From Carcharhinus longimanus (lineage: Eukaryota), in contig JASCQW010000001.1 of NCBI GenBank assembly GCA_030264375.1, forward strand, positions 59,352,302 to 59,416,301: DNA of 64,000 bases, given 5' to 3'. The stretch's first letter is position 1, and each line of letters starts with the position of its first letter. The position numbers and the translations under genes were made by a program. The notes under the pieces are model-generated. The model ran no database searches, was not told the origin of the DNA, and saw nothing but the letters and a program-made list of their open reading frames with translations. Positions 1 to 10,687 of the stretch are shown here, piece by piece.

Positions 1-479
1 GAGAGTTTCGGTGAGAGCTGTTGGCTCATGGTGTGACAAGCATCTGTGTGTTGTTGAGAAATCCATAGAATCTGCTTTGGTCATTTCTGTCAGTTACTGT
101 GGAGTGTGGTATGTCTAACCACAGTTTGCTAATTGGCTTACATGCTACACAATGACCCTAAATATTAGAGCATAAAATAGATATAGTAAATTACCTTACC
201 TTTCTGAATTTGTATGCATGTATAAAATATAAGTGGGGTGAAGGAATAGTTAATATTTGAAACATTTTCTTGTGTTTGCATTAAGATCTTTCCAACCTTT
301 TTGTCTGGTGTAATATAGTTCATTTTTTTCTTACATAATAAATGTTTTATTCTTTTTGTTACAAGTTCATCAGCAAACTTCCATGAATTTGTTTGGTAAC
401 TTTCCTCCACAGTTTCTAAAAAAAATTAGGATCTATCAATCCATGTTTCATTTTGGGATCTGATTTATCCAGTATTATC

Positions 480-1070
480 AGCTGGGATTGTAACAGTACA
501 AAAGCAAGAAAGTTATAAGGACCTGTATTAAATCCTGCTTGAACCTCAACTGGAATACTGTGTTTGGGAACCACATTTTAGGAAGAATGTGAAAGCATTA
601 AAGAGAGTGTAGAAAAGAATAAGAATGCTTCCACGGCTGAGGAACTTCAGTTATGTGTTTAATTGTTCTCCTTGCAAAAGAAAAGGTTAAGAGAGTTGTT
701 GGAGGTGTTCAAAATCATGAAGGTGCTGTTTTTAGTCCTTGGAATTGCAGATTGGGTAAGTGAACATATTCAAGACTGAGTTGGATTTTTGATTGACAAA
801 GGAGTCAAGAGTTTTGGGAGGAAGGGGGAGGAAAATGGAGCTACGTCCACAAAGAGATCAAAGACGATCTTACTAGATGGTGAAATAGGCTCGATAGGCC
901 GAATGGCCTACTATTTTGCATGATCCTGTGGACAGAGTGAATAGAGGGAAACTGTTCCCAAGAACCACACAGTCTGAGGATGCTGATTTAAGGCGGTTAT
1001 CAAAAGACGCAATAGTGAGATGAAGAAAAAGTTCTTCATTACAAGTGGTTATAACCTGGAATGTAGCGGC
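480..1070 (+). mobile_element. Degraded CR1-type LINE 3' fragments
   Basis: CCTCAACTGGAATACTGTGT (PQLEYCV-like), AAAATCATGAAGG and GGCCGAATGGCCTAC 3'-tail motifs shared with other CR1 copies in the window. Confidence 0.7.
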
Positions 1071-1249
1071 TCAGGGAGTGGGGTGACAGATTTAATCATG
1101 GGATTGTTACCCAAAGAATCTGCTGGGTTGAAGGGGGGGTGGAATTGCTGCATTTTATCAAAAGCAAAAACCAATTTAAAAAAAGTCAGTAATTGGTCTA
1201 GAATTACTAACTGCAACAACCGGGTTAACACATACACATCAGCTCAACC

Positions 1250-1422
1250 CTGGACCGGGGCCGGGGCGCAGATCAGGGGGCGGGGCTTAGAACGGATAGG
1301 GGCGGGGCGGGGCGGGGCGCGTGCAGGGGGAGGGGGCAGGGGGGAGGGGCCGGGCCTATTTCTTCCCCACACGGGGGAGAGCCGGGGCCCTCGGGTTGGG
1401 CTGTGGGTCGGTGGCTGCGGCG
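1250..1422 (+). promoter_or_regulatory. SETD9: SETD9 GC-rich TATA-less promoter / 5'UTR (small CpG island)
   Basis: Abrupt GC/CpG-rich patch directly upstream of the ATG at 1423, with several GGGGCGGGG GC boxes (about 1276-1320) and G-runs at 1325-1355. CCAAT at 1171-1175 and ATTGG at 1192-1196. Confidence 0.75.
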
Positions 1423-1508
1423 ATGCTGAAGAATTTGGTGTGGGCCTGGAATCGCTACAGATACAGGCTGGTGCCCTGGATCGCTCTGAACTTGTGGAAA
1501 AACCAAAG
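1423..1508 (+). CDS. SETD9: SETD9 coding exon 1 (MLKNLVWAWNRYRYRLVPWIALNLWKNQR)
   Basis: ATG in GCGGCGATG context; the RYRYRLVPWIALNL peptide matches the vertebrate SETD9 N-terminus (RYKYRFVPWIALNL); donor AG|GTAAAA, phase 2. Confidence 0.93.
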
Positions 1509-1723
1509 GTAAAAACAGCGATCAGTCAATAAATAACCAACACTGCACATCAACCTCCCCATACACACTCATTAAACTGTGTAATTAACACAATAACTCA
1601 AATAGAATAACAATACTGAACAATATAATAGAGCAACACAAGCTATTTGAAATAAATTTATTCAGCAATAAATACAACATTCTAAAGAGTAAGATATTAA
1701 ATGAAATAAAATATCAAACCATT

Positions 1724-1972
1724 GGGTGGCACAGTGGCTGGTACTGCCTCACAGTTCCAGGGAACCAGGTTCAATTTTAATCTCAGGTCACTGTCAGTGT
1801 GGAGTTTGCACATTCTCCCTGTGTCTGCGTGGGTTTCCTTTGGGTGCTCCGATTTCCTCCTACAAAGGCGTGCGGGTTAGGTGCATTGTCCATGATAAAT
1901 GTGCAAGGCTATAGGGATAGGGCCTGGGTGGGATTATTGGTGTAGGCTTCCAGGAATTCTATGGTTCTATAG
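1724..1972 (+). mobile_element. tRNA-headed V-SINE (HE1-like)
   Basis: GGTGGCACAGTGG A-box, GGTTCAAT B-box, V-core TGTGGAGTTTGCACATTCTCCCTGTGTCTGCGTGGGTTTCC, TTCTATG-type tail. Confidence 0.85.
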
Positions 1973-2896
1973 TAACTGAAAATATTAACTAAATCAATGT
2001 CCACCAAATAGTAAATACACTGAAATGTTAAATCATATAATTTAAATATTGAAAATGTCAGAGGTTCAGTACAGAAGTAAAATTGCAATTTCTCCAGGGA
2101 TTGTGGATAGGGAGATATCTACTTTCAAACAAGTCATCAGTAATCAAATCTCATCAGAATTAAATTGGCAAACTGCTGAACAGTGTAACATTTTATTGCC
2201 ACAGTTTTGAAACTTTATCATTTTACACCAAGCAAATATTTTATTGATGTACATAATTAAAGGAAGAGGAAGAGAGTTTCTCCAGCTGCCTTACTTTAAG
2301 TTTGGGGAAAATATCCAAATCTCACTTCAAAAATGTACTCATAAACATTTTATTTGCCTCTTAATAAGTACCTGTAGTGACACTTTTACTTTGAAAAACT
2401 GGACGGGCTGAACACTCCTAACACTCCTTGTTACTACTGGGATTTTCATATGCATATGATACAAATAAACCTATAGTAGCAATAGCTAAGTGAGAGGATA
2501 TGGTCTTTTAAAAAGTTCATTGTGTAGCATTTGTCTCTGGAGGAGACATGCTTTCATTGAATAATTCAATGATAAATCAGAGAAGGAAGCTTTTTGGCCT
2601 ATTGTGCCCATGCTGGCACTTTTTCATAGCTATGCAATTAATTCCATTCCCCTACTCTTTCCACATAGATTGAAGATCATTCAAAAGAAATTCTATTTCA
2701 CTGCCCTTTCTGGCAGTGAATTCTAGACCCTCACAAATTACTGTAAATAAAACCTTGCATCATCTCTAGTTGTTTTGCCAATCTCCTTAAATCTGTGCCA
2801 TCTGGTTATTAACATCTACCATTGTAACAGCTTCTCTTTACTTACACTATCAGAACCATTCATGACTTTAAGTATCTAAATTCCAAATAAAGAGAG

Positions 2897-3268
2897 ATGG
2901 CGGCATAATAATTATGTCACTGGACTAGTAATGTAGAGGCTCAGGATAATACTCGAGTCATGGGACCCTGTGGCAGCTGGTGGAATTTAAACTCTACTAA
3001 TAAATGTGGAATTTAAAAGAAGCTTCCGTAATGGTGACTGTGTTGTTATATAAAACCCATCTAGTTCGCCACTAATCTTTAGGGAAGGAAGAGTACCATC
3101 CTTGCCCAGTCTGGCCTACATGTGACTCCAGATCCACAGAAATGTGGTTGATTCTTAATTGTCCTCCGAAAAGACCCAGTAAGCCATTCAGTCCAAGGCA
3201 AAGGCAACAAATGCTGATCTTGCCAGTGATGACACCCACATACCATAAAAGAATAAAGAAAAAAAAAT
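2897..3268 (+). mobile_element. SINE with a 3' tail shared with the LINE at 34450-35240
   Basis: tRNA-like head; tail GGCAACAAATGCTGATCTTGCCAGTGATGACACCCACATACCAT followed by an A-rich end resembles 35190-35243. Confidence 0.65.
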
Positions 3269-3287
3269 CAACTCTTCTGTCAGTATC

Positions 3288-3720
3288 ATCTGTAGCTCAG
3301 TGTGTGGTAGTTTTGCTCCAAATCACAGGATTTTGGGTTCAAATTCAATTCCAGGAATTGTGCACAATAATCAAGCCAATTCAAGTGTAGTACCGAGGGA
3401 ATGCCGCACAGTCTTTCAAGTGAGATATTAAACCTGTCTATATGTTCGTTGGTTATAAAAGAACCCATGGCACTGTTTTGAAGAAAAATAAGGAAGTTAT
3501 CCTTTGCATCTTGACCAATGTTTATCGCTTAATCAACATCACGAAAATAGACTATCTGGTCATTATTACATTGATGTCTTTGGGAGTTTGCTGTGTGTAG
3601 AATTAGCATTGTCTGTCCCATACTGCAACATTTTGCAAAGTACCTAATTGATGCTAAATTACTTTGAGACGTCTGGTGATGGTGAAAAGTGTTATACAAA
3701 TCTTTACTTTCTTTTTCCTC
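3288..3720 (+). mobile_element. DeuSINE-like (SacSINE1-type) tRNA-headed SINE with L2-type tail
   Basis: GTAGCTCAG head, GGGTTCAAAT B-box, Deu-domain-like AAAAGAACCCATGGCACTGTTTTGAAGAA...ATCTGGTCATTATTACATTG, tail GTGAAAAGTGTTATACAAAT + TTTC repeats. Related pieces at about 11550-11735 (-) and 37555-37830 (+). Confidence 0.7.
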
Positions 3721-5291
3721 TCCTCCAAGGATAACAATTTCAGCTTCAGCAGTCTTTCTACAGAACTAAGGCACTTCATTTCTGATCCCATTCCATTTCT
3801 CTTCTGTACCCGTTCCTAGGGCTTTCTCATCCTTCCTAAAATGCAGTGCCCAGATTTGGCCTCCATACTTCAATCGAGGCATAGCCAGTGTTTTATAAAG
3901 ATTTAACATAACTTTGCTTCTGTACTCTTATCTCTCTATTAATAAAATCAAAACCCCCATACCCTTTAATAACATTCTCAACTTTCTTGTCATTTTCAGA
4001 GATTTGTGAACTTATATCTGCAGGTGTTTTGTGTCAAAAACAGCAGAGAGAATGAAGGCTGATAGTGACTGAGTGACACAGGATGTCATTTGTGACTTTG
4101 GGTAGTGTAGTGATGATGCTGTGGAGGGGTATGGACAGAATCAGGATTGGAAGGTCTCAAACAGGTTGTTATCAGTCACTTTGCAATAGAGGGAGTTGAG
4201 GTTTCAGTTTGTTCGAGTGTGGAGCTGTAAAATTCCTGTCCATTAAAATGAAAGGGTAAAATTGCTCAGTTGTGGTGATTTTAAAAGATAGGTTGCAGGC
4301 CAGGAGGTTTAAACAAACAGACACCAAAGGATGTTAACGCTACATGATGACACATGATCTGTTTCTTAAAGTGTCCCTGGTCCATTGCAAAGCTGCTAGT
4401 GAGGAAATGCTAGAAATAACATGAATGCATAAAAGCAGGATTGAAAAAGGGTGAGGAATCCCCTTGTACCTGTTGGGTAAGTCATTAAGAAGTGGTTGTG
4501 GTTATTAAGCCAATTATAAGCTGTTCCCTGTATCTTTGATCTTTTGTAACCCATTCTGTGGTTTTTTTCATTAGAAATCCTTGCTTTGACCAGTTAGAAA
4601 CGTCATTCAGAAGCCCAACTTTTATAATTGGTCTGAGAGCTCAGAGGTAGGATGTGACTTAGTTTCCTTTGGTAACAAGCAATGACCATGTGTATTGTGG
4701 AGAGACTTGGGTTCCAGACTGGAAGATGGTGTCACCATTTCAGCAGGGTCCAAGATAATAAGATTCTTTATTTTATTTGATTGGTCTTATTAGAGGAATA
4801 TATTATGTATGTTCTAGTTAGAAATAGCTCAAGAAGCACTATTCTCAACCTGCAAGTGGTTAGTCCTGAATCTCTCAATTGTTACGGCACTGAAGGAGAC
4901 CATTTGGTCCATCATTCTGCATTGGCTCTCCAAATGCATGGTTTAATACCATTTTCCTGTCTTTTCCCCATACCCATGCACATTGTTTCTATTCAAGTAA
5001 TCACCAATGCCCTCTTGAATGCCTCGATTGAATCTGTCTCCAGCACATTTCTAGGTAGTGCACTCCAAACCCAAACCACTCACTGTGTGAAAAAGATTTT
5101 CCTCACATCACATTGGAATCTGTGCCTGTAACTCCCTGTCTTATTTATTATACACTGTATATTCATATACTTGCACAGTAAACCTGATTTAGATGTGAAT
5201 ACTTTCTTCCTTACTCCAACTTCACCTATTAAGTTAATATTCTCTATATTTGTGCTTCCTGTCTCTCCCAGTGTTTTGTGTATTAATGGTG

Positions 5292-5492
5292 GCTTCTCAG
5301 CCTTTTGGCTAAGATCAAAGGTCAGATCAACCCAAGATGAGGTTCAATGCCATATCTCGTCAGCTTGGATCTTGTATGTGTCTCTTGAGGGGACACCTGA
5401 ATTAGAGTTAATTTTTGGAGCAACCAAGGAGATGGATTCAGGCTCGCTGGTCCACTCTGCACATTGGCTTTGTAGCTTTAAGAATGGAAAAA
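5292..5492 (+). pseudogene. U2 snRNA-derived element (diverged full-length copy; possibly a U2-headed retroposon)
   Basis: 5292-5318 matches U2 nt 4-30 at 26/27. Colinear blocks follow: stem IIb-like GTGTCTC/GGGACAC (5378-5396), Sm site ATTTTTGGAGCA (5411-5422), stem III GGAGATGGA...GTCCACTC (5428-5457), degenerate 3' end and a short A-run. Confidence 0.8.
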
Positions 5493-5734
5493 CATTTTTT
5501 TTTAATTATTTAGTACGTGCTGATATTCCTCTCTAATATTTCTTCTTGATTCCCACACCTTTGTCAAGTTAGTTTGAAGTCCTTCTGACAGTACTAGCAA
5601 AACACCTTGCAAGGAACTCAGTCCTGGCTCTGTTCAGATGTGACCCATCTGGCTTGTACAAGTGCCAAGTCCCCCAAGGCCAAGTTTTGATTATTCCCTC
5701 TGAGAAGCACAGTGATTTTTTTTTAAAGATACTT

Positions 5735-5975
5735 TTTTCATGAGGTGTGGGCATTACTGGCTAGGCCAAGATTTATTGCCTATCCCCAATTGCCCTAGAG
5801 AAGGTGATGGTGATCTGGTTTCTTGAACCATGCTAAAAAGTCTGACAACACCAGGTTTTACTGTGTTTTTACTGTGTTTACGCCAGTCCAACGCCGGCAT
5901 ACCCACTTCTTGAACCATTGCAGTCCATGTGGTGTAGGACATCTACAGTGCTGTTAGGGAGTGAGTTCCAGGGCA
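5735..5975 (-). mobile_element. LINE 3'-end fragment carrying a nested insertion
   Basis: ATTTATTGCCTATCCCCAATTGCCCTAGAG tail motif, homologous to 46360-46500; interrupted at 5832-5906. Confidence 0.7.
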
Positions 5976-6010
5976 TCCTCGTAACTAATCCTTTTTATTG
6001 ATTATTACAG

Positions 6011-6366
6011 GACAGTCCGATTTGTTGCAGAAGATTCTTTGGATAAAGTTATTTCTGATCAAATGGTTGAGACGTCACTGCTGAAGCTATTTCGTACTTT
6101 GTTCTTGAGTGATTTGAGTAATCAAGCTGAGTTTCTTAAACTGCTGCCAAAAAATAGCCAATCAAAATACCATGATATGTTAACTCATTTTCAGTCAATG
6201 AAAGAAACAAAAGGAAGTGGACTGGAACTGAACCCTGCTGAGGCAATGTTTGAAACACTTGGATTCATTATCCATCGAGCAATTAGTTCGCTTTCCTTTG
6301 CAGGAAGAGGGGTATTTGTTACAACAGGAAAGGTGCCTAAAGGAGCAGTTGTTTGCATGTACCCCG
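6011..6366 (+). CDS. SETD9: SETD9 coding exon 2 (TVRFVAEDSLDKVISD...AGRGVFVTTGKVPKGAVVCMYP)
   Basis: Acceptor TTACAG|G, donor G|GTACTG; 356 nt; phases fit exons 1 and 3; contains SET motif I GxG (AGRGVF). Confidence 0.95.
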
Positions 6367-6484
6367 GTACTGAAGTCTTTTTTTTACAACTTTTAGATCC
6401 TGTAATTTTTTGATAGCATTTTATATGCAGCATGTTAAGTTACTGTTTGTGGTGATGTGACTGCTGCTTTATTCTGTAAATTGC

Positions 6485-6648
6485 AGATTCACTGACTGGC
6501 TGAGGTTATTTACGAAGGCTTGCCTTCTCAAACTTGCCCCTTGCCTGAGGTACGGTGATCCTCAGATGAAATCACCACCAGTCAGCTCTCACCCTCATAG
6601 GGGCCAACAGCCTGTGGTATTCTGGGACTATGATGTCTTTACCCTTTA
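6485..6648 (+). mobile_element. SINE body fragment
   Basis: CCTTCTCAAACTTGCCCCTTGCCTGAGG...CACCACCAGTCAGCTCTC...CTGGGACTATG with a TTTACCC-type tail, recognised from memory as an elasmobranch interspersed repeat. Confidence 0.5.
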
Positions 6649-8389
6649 CCTATTTTGTAGATTAGTATTGGGCTACCTAAGGCACTGTCTGCTGAAACCA
6701 TTTGTATGAGTTGCTGTAAGTATAATATTTCATTGCTTAGACCATCCTTCTCTCCTGTACCTGCTTCTTTGCATGTCCGTTGAGTCTTTCCAGCCTCACT
6801 CATTCTGAATCTCTTTTTCCCATCCTCCCCTCTTGGCAGTTCTCCTTCTGCAACCCCCCAACTTTCCTCCTTTAGCCTTACTGCTGTCATTTCCTCTCAT
6901 TCACCTTTGTCACTTCCCACTTCCTGATTCCCCCTCTCAGCTTCCCCTCACTCCCTTGTTTACCGCCTCCTCACTTCTCCCTGAAGGAGGTAGGATTAGG
7001 AACTCAAAGTGGGGGAGGGGAGAAATGACCTCCAGCAATATGCTCAAAATGACTTTCAATAGAGGGGAGGTGAGGTTAACAGAATTTTCAAGCTGATCAT
7101 TTGGTGGGGGAGAGTTACTAAATCCTGCAACTGATGGTAGTGGGAGGGAGGGTGTTCAATCATCAGAAAGTCTGACAGCTTTGGCAGGCTGGGGAAGGGG
7201 GGGGTGCAAAATTGCCATTTCTTTGTTAAGGGAGGATTGCAATCCAAGAACATCCTGATAAATTCAGGGCTGAAAAAAACTTTTGGAGTGTGGTGCAGTG
7301 TCAAGAGGAGAAGTGTGAGGGTGTTGGCAGAGGGACTGTCAGATACTACAGTGCTTTGAGGGCAGTGGGTGGCACTAGTGAATGCTGACAGTGGTGTCAT
7401 GGCCGGTGGGACAGGTTTGAGGGAGGGGAATTCAGCTGAAATCTGAGTCCTAATTGGTGTGGAACCATATGCAGACTGGTCTATGCACGTCAGAACTTCA
7501 GAAGTATGGAGTGGATTGAATGATTGGGTATTGGGCGTGATATTTCTGATGAGGAATGCAGTTATGGGTATCTGACCAGGAGCCCAAGGCAGGCTGTGAC
7601 TAACTCTTAATTGCTGGATGGCAGGAGGCTTCACAAGTTATTCTGCAGTGCCACCAAGTGGAATTCCAATGGAACTGTATGCTTGCTGCATACAAATGGA
7701 CTGAGATTGCAACNNNNNNNNNNNNNNNNNNNNNNNNNNNNNNNNNNNNNNNNNNNNNNNNNNNNNNNNNNNNNNNNNNNNNNNNNNNNNNNNNNNNNNN
7801 NNNNNNNNNNNNNCTATTGCTACTTACTAGATTTTACATCTAGTATATAAACATTGACACTTTAAACATGGAGTTCCTATTGACAAAACCAAACAGGAGT
7901 TCTCATTACATTTTGAAACTGTCTGTTGCAACTCACCTAGTATTTACTGTGGGTGTTCATATATATATTATAATTTATATTTTATATCATGGAGTTCAGA
8001 GAATTTTTGTCCAGTTTTTTTACTTTGCCATCAGCAACTATCACAGCGAATATATAAACACTCATACAAACATATACATTATTAATTGACTCAGGATTAT
8101 AACTCATTGGTTCTGAATTATGGCTGTCTTTGTACATCAATTAAATGAAACATCCTGGCTGTCAGTGTTCACTATAGAACTCACTGATGGAATATGCAGG
8201 GTTTCATTATTTGCTAATTCTCAACAAGGTTTCTCTCAAGGTTTTAAATCTGTTTATATCTTTTAAGCCATTTGAATGTTTATATCTTGATGAAGGTTTC
8301 CCGGTGAACTCCAAGGTGTATCAAAATAATGACATACAAATGTGGGTTTAGGACCCAAAATAACAAAATGTTATTTTGGATTCTAGTTG

Positions 8390-8880
8390 CTGTCAAACTG
8401 CATTGACACCCAAAACCTGCTTTTGTTATTTCTGAACTTGATTATTCCAATGCTGTCCTCCCACCTTGCACCATCTGCAAGATGTAGTTTATCTGAAATT
8501 TCTGCCTGCATCTTAACTCAGAGCAGATGCAGTTCACCCATCACCTTCATTCTTATTGATCCACATTGCCTTCCTGGCAGCACTTTAGCTTCTCATCCTT
8601 GTTTTAAATCCCTCTGTGGCCACAATTGTCTTTATCTCTAACTGATCCCAGCCCTGGAGCACTCCTCCAATTTGCACCTCTTGTGCGTTCTTGACTTTCT
8701 TCACACCACCAGTGAGAGCTGTGACTGCAGCTGTCTATGCTTTAAGCACCAGAATTCCCACCCTATCCTCCTTTTAAGATGCTCCTTAAAACATATCTGT
8801 TTGACCAAGTCTTTAGTCATCCATTGATATATTTCCACATGTGACTCAGTGCCATTTTAATAACACTTGAGTATGCTGCT
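8390..8880 (+). mobile_element. L2-type LINE 3' fragment
   Basis: TCACCCATCACC...CACATTG and CCTTTTAAGATGCTCCTTAAAACATATCTGTTTGACCAAG L2 C-terminus/3'UTR motifs. Related pieces at about 9680-9950 (+) and 42770-43460 (-). Confidence 0.6.
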
Positions 8881-9020
8881 GTATAGAAATATAGAAGGAG
8901 GAGGTGGCCATCTGGCCCTTCAAGCCACCTGCCTCATTCATTCCGCCCATGGCTGATCATCCAACTCAGTAGCAATGGTATGTGAGTTTTACATCCAAAG
9001 CCAATTTGCATTTCCAACCT

Positions 9021-9022
<2 letters not shown>

Positions 9023-9075
<53 letters not shown>
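9023..9075. repeat. (GT)26 microsatellite
   Basis: Perfect GT dinucleotide run of 53 nt. Confidence 0.99.
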
Positions 9076-9078
<3 letters not shown>

Positions 9079-9453
9079 AACATAGAAAACTCTCTCTACT
9101 GAAAAAAGCAGGTTTGAACCCTCCATCCCTGCTAAGGGAAGAATTTGTTTCAGATTAGGACTACATTATTCCCCCTAAATTAGCAGTTTGTGGCTTCAAA
9201 ATGAATTCAGTCAATCAAATAAATAACTCCTCCCTATTTCCCTTTGGTTACAAGTACTTGTAAATTATGTGTAAACATACAGATCACTGAAGCCAAACTA
9301 GGTTCTTGGCTAAATTTGAAAAGCTAGAACTTCACTTTATAATAAGACCATTCCTTGTTTTAAGATGGTTTAAGTATGTGTGGGCATCAATTAAAACCTA
9401 AGAAGCAAATCATTAACTGTATTTAACAGATGCTGTATTTTCATGAATAACAG

Positions 9454-9577
9454 GTACTATCTATCAGCAATATGAGCCAATCCTTTTCCAGTCAATTTGC
9501 AACCCTTTCATTTTTCGATGTATAGATGGTGTGTTGATTGATGGGAATGATAAAGGAATTTCTAAAGTTATTTATAG
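9454..9577 (+). CDS. SETD9: SETD9 coding exon 3 (GTIYQQYEPILFQSICNPFIFRCIDGVLIDGNDKGISKVIYR)
   Basis: AACAG| acceptor and AG|GTAAGT donor; 124 nt; nearly identical to the SETD9 NPFIFRCLDGVLIDGNDKGISK segment. Not in the ORF track. Confidence 0.96.
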
Positions 9578-10571
9578 GTAAGTTTTATTTGCTTTATAAT
9601 TCCAGATGTGAGCACAGTTACTGCACTTTTAATTTTGTGAAAGTAGTTTGTAGTAGGAATTCATAACTGAACGCAATGACTCACCCCTCCCTATCTCTGC
9701 ATCCTCTTTACAACCCTCCAAGATCTCTGATTGCTTCCAGTTCTGAACTCTCGCAAATCCATTATTTCCATCACTCCAGCTGGTCTTCAGCTGCTTAGAA
9801 TTCCCTCCCTAAACTTCTCTTCCTCTCTCTCCTAAAACCTCCTTCACCATGTTTTTGATTACCTGACCCAGTAGCTTCTGATTTGGGATAACATTTTAGT
9901 GGAATCCTTTTTGTTATGTTAAAGATGATGTATGAATGCAGATTTTCATTTCTGCTGTAATGGCAACCAAGTGAATGGCATTAGGTGTGTTCTTTGTACA
10001 ATTTACTTCCAATCAAAAGATTCCAGGATTTCACAGAACTCCTGGTCAATATATAATAAATCTTTTAGTAAATGCTTCAAATCAAAACTTCAGTCTAAAT
10101 GAGAAACAAGAACAGAAAATGCTGGAAACAAATCAGTAGGTCTGGCAGCAGCTGTGGGGAGAGAAACAGAGTTAACGTTTCAGATCCATATTACTGACTG
10201 AAGATGGAACATAGTATCTGATCAAAGGTGCATACAATCTGTTTACAGCGACTTGCCCTCCAATTTTGCCTTCTGTTCCCCGGTTTCTCACATGTCCTGC
10301 CCATGATGGTGTACCTGGGACTGAGAATCTTGGATGGGATGAAATGCAGGTTCACATTCAAATCACAGCATTCTGTAGTACAGTGTGGCAAAATTCTTGA
10401 TACTTTGCAATCTTGGGCCACTTTTTTTTAAAACCCTTATTTAATGGGACATGACAAACCTTTAATTATTGGGAACTTTCAAAAAAATGTAGTTTCCTGA
10501 TCAGCTGTTTACTATTTACAGCCTTATCATAATAAGTAAGTTTGCATGGATGTTTCTCTAACTACTTTCAG

Positions 10572-10687
10572 ATCATGCAACGGGCGGGACAGGCTTGGTC
10601 CTTATAAAACAAGCGATGCCACTTGGCTTTCAGAAACCCCAGTCAATCCATTAGCTGTGGGCCAATATGTCAACAACTGTTCTAATG
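10572..10687 (+). CDS. SETD9: SETD9 coding exon 4 (SCNGRDRLGPYKTSDATWLSETPVNPLAVGQYVNNCSN)
   Basis: TTTCAG| acceptor, G|GTAAGA donor; 116 nt; contains the SET motif III variant GQYVNNCS. Confidence 0.96.

Noticed and set aside
165-410. 81-aa Lys-rich minus ORF, possibly an L1/Tx1 3' relic
   Set aside because: No diagnostic motif; composition reflects T-rich sequence.
1020-1532. 170-aa + strand ORF across the SETD9 promoter
   Set aside because: Begins in a CR1 remnant and runs through stop-poor GC-rich promoter DNA in a different frame from SETD9; Gly/Arg low complexity with no domain.
1724-1790. tRNA-like A/B boxes here and at other SINE heads
   Set aside because: These are SINE heads followed by V- or Deu-cores; no cloverleaf or terminator of a real tRNA gene.
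7056-7634. 192-aa minus-strand ORF
   Set aside because: Pro/Ser/Leu-rich translation of G-rich sequence that looks like a decayed L2-type ORF2; no splice or domain support.
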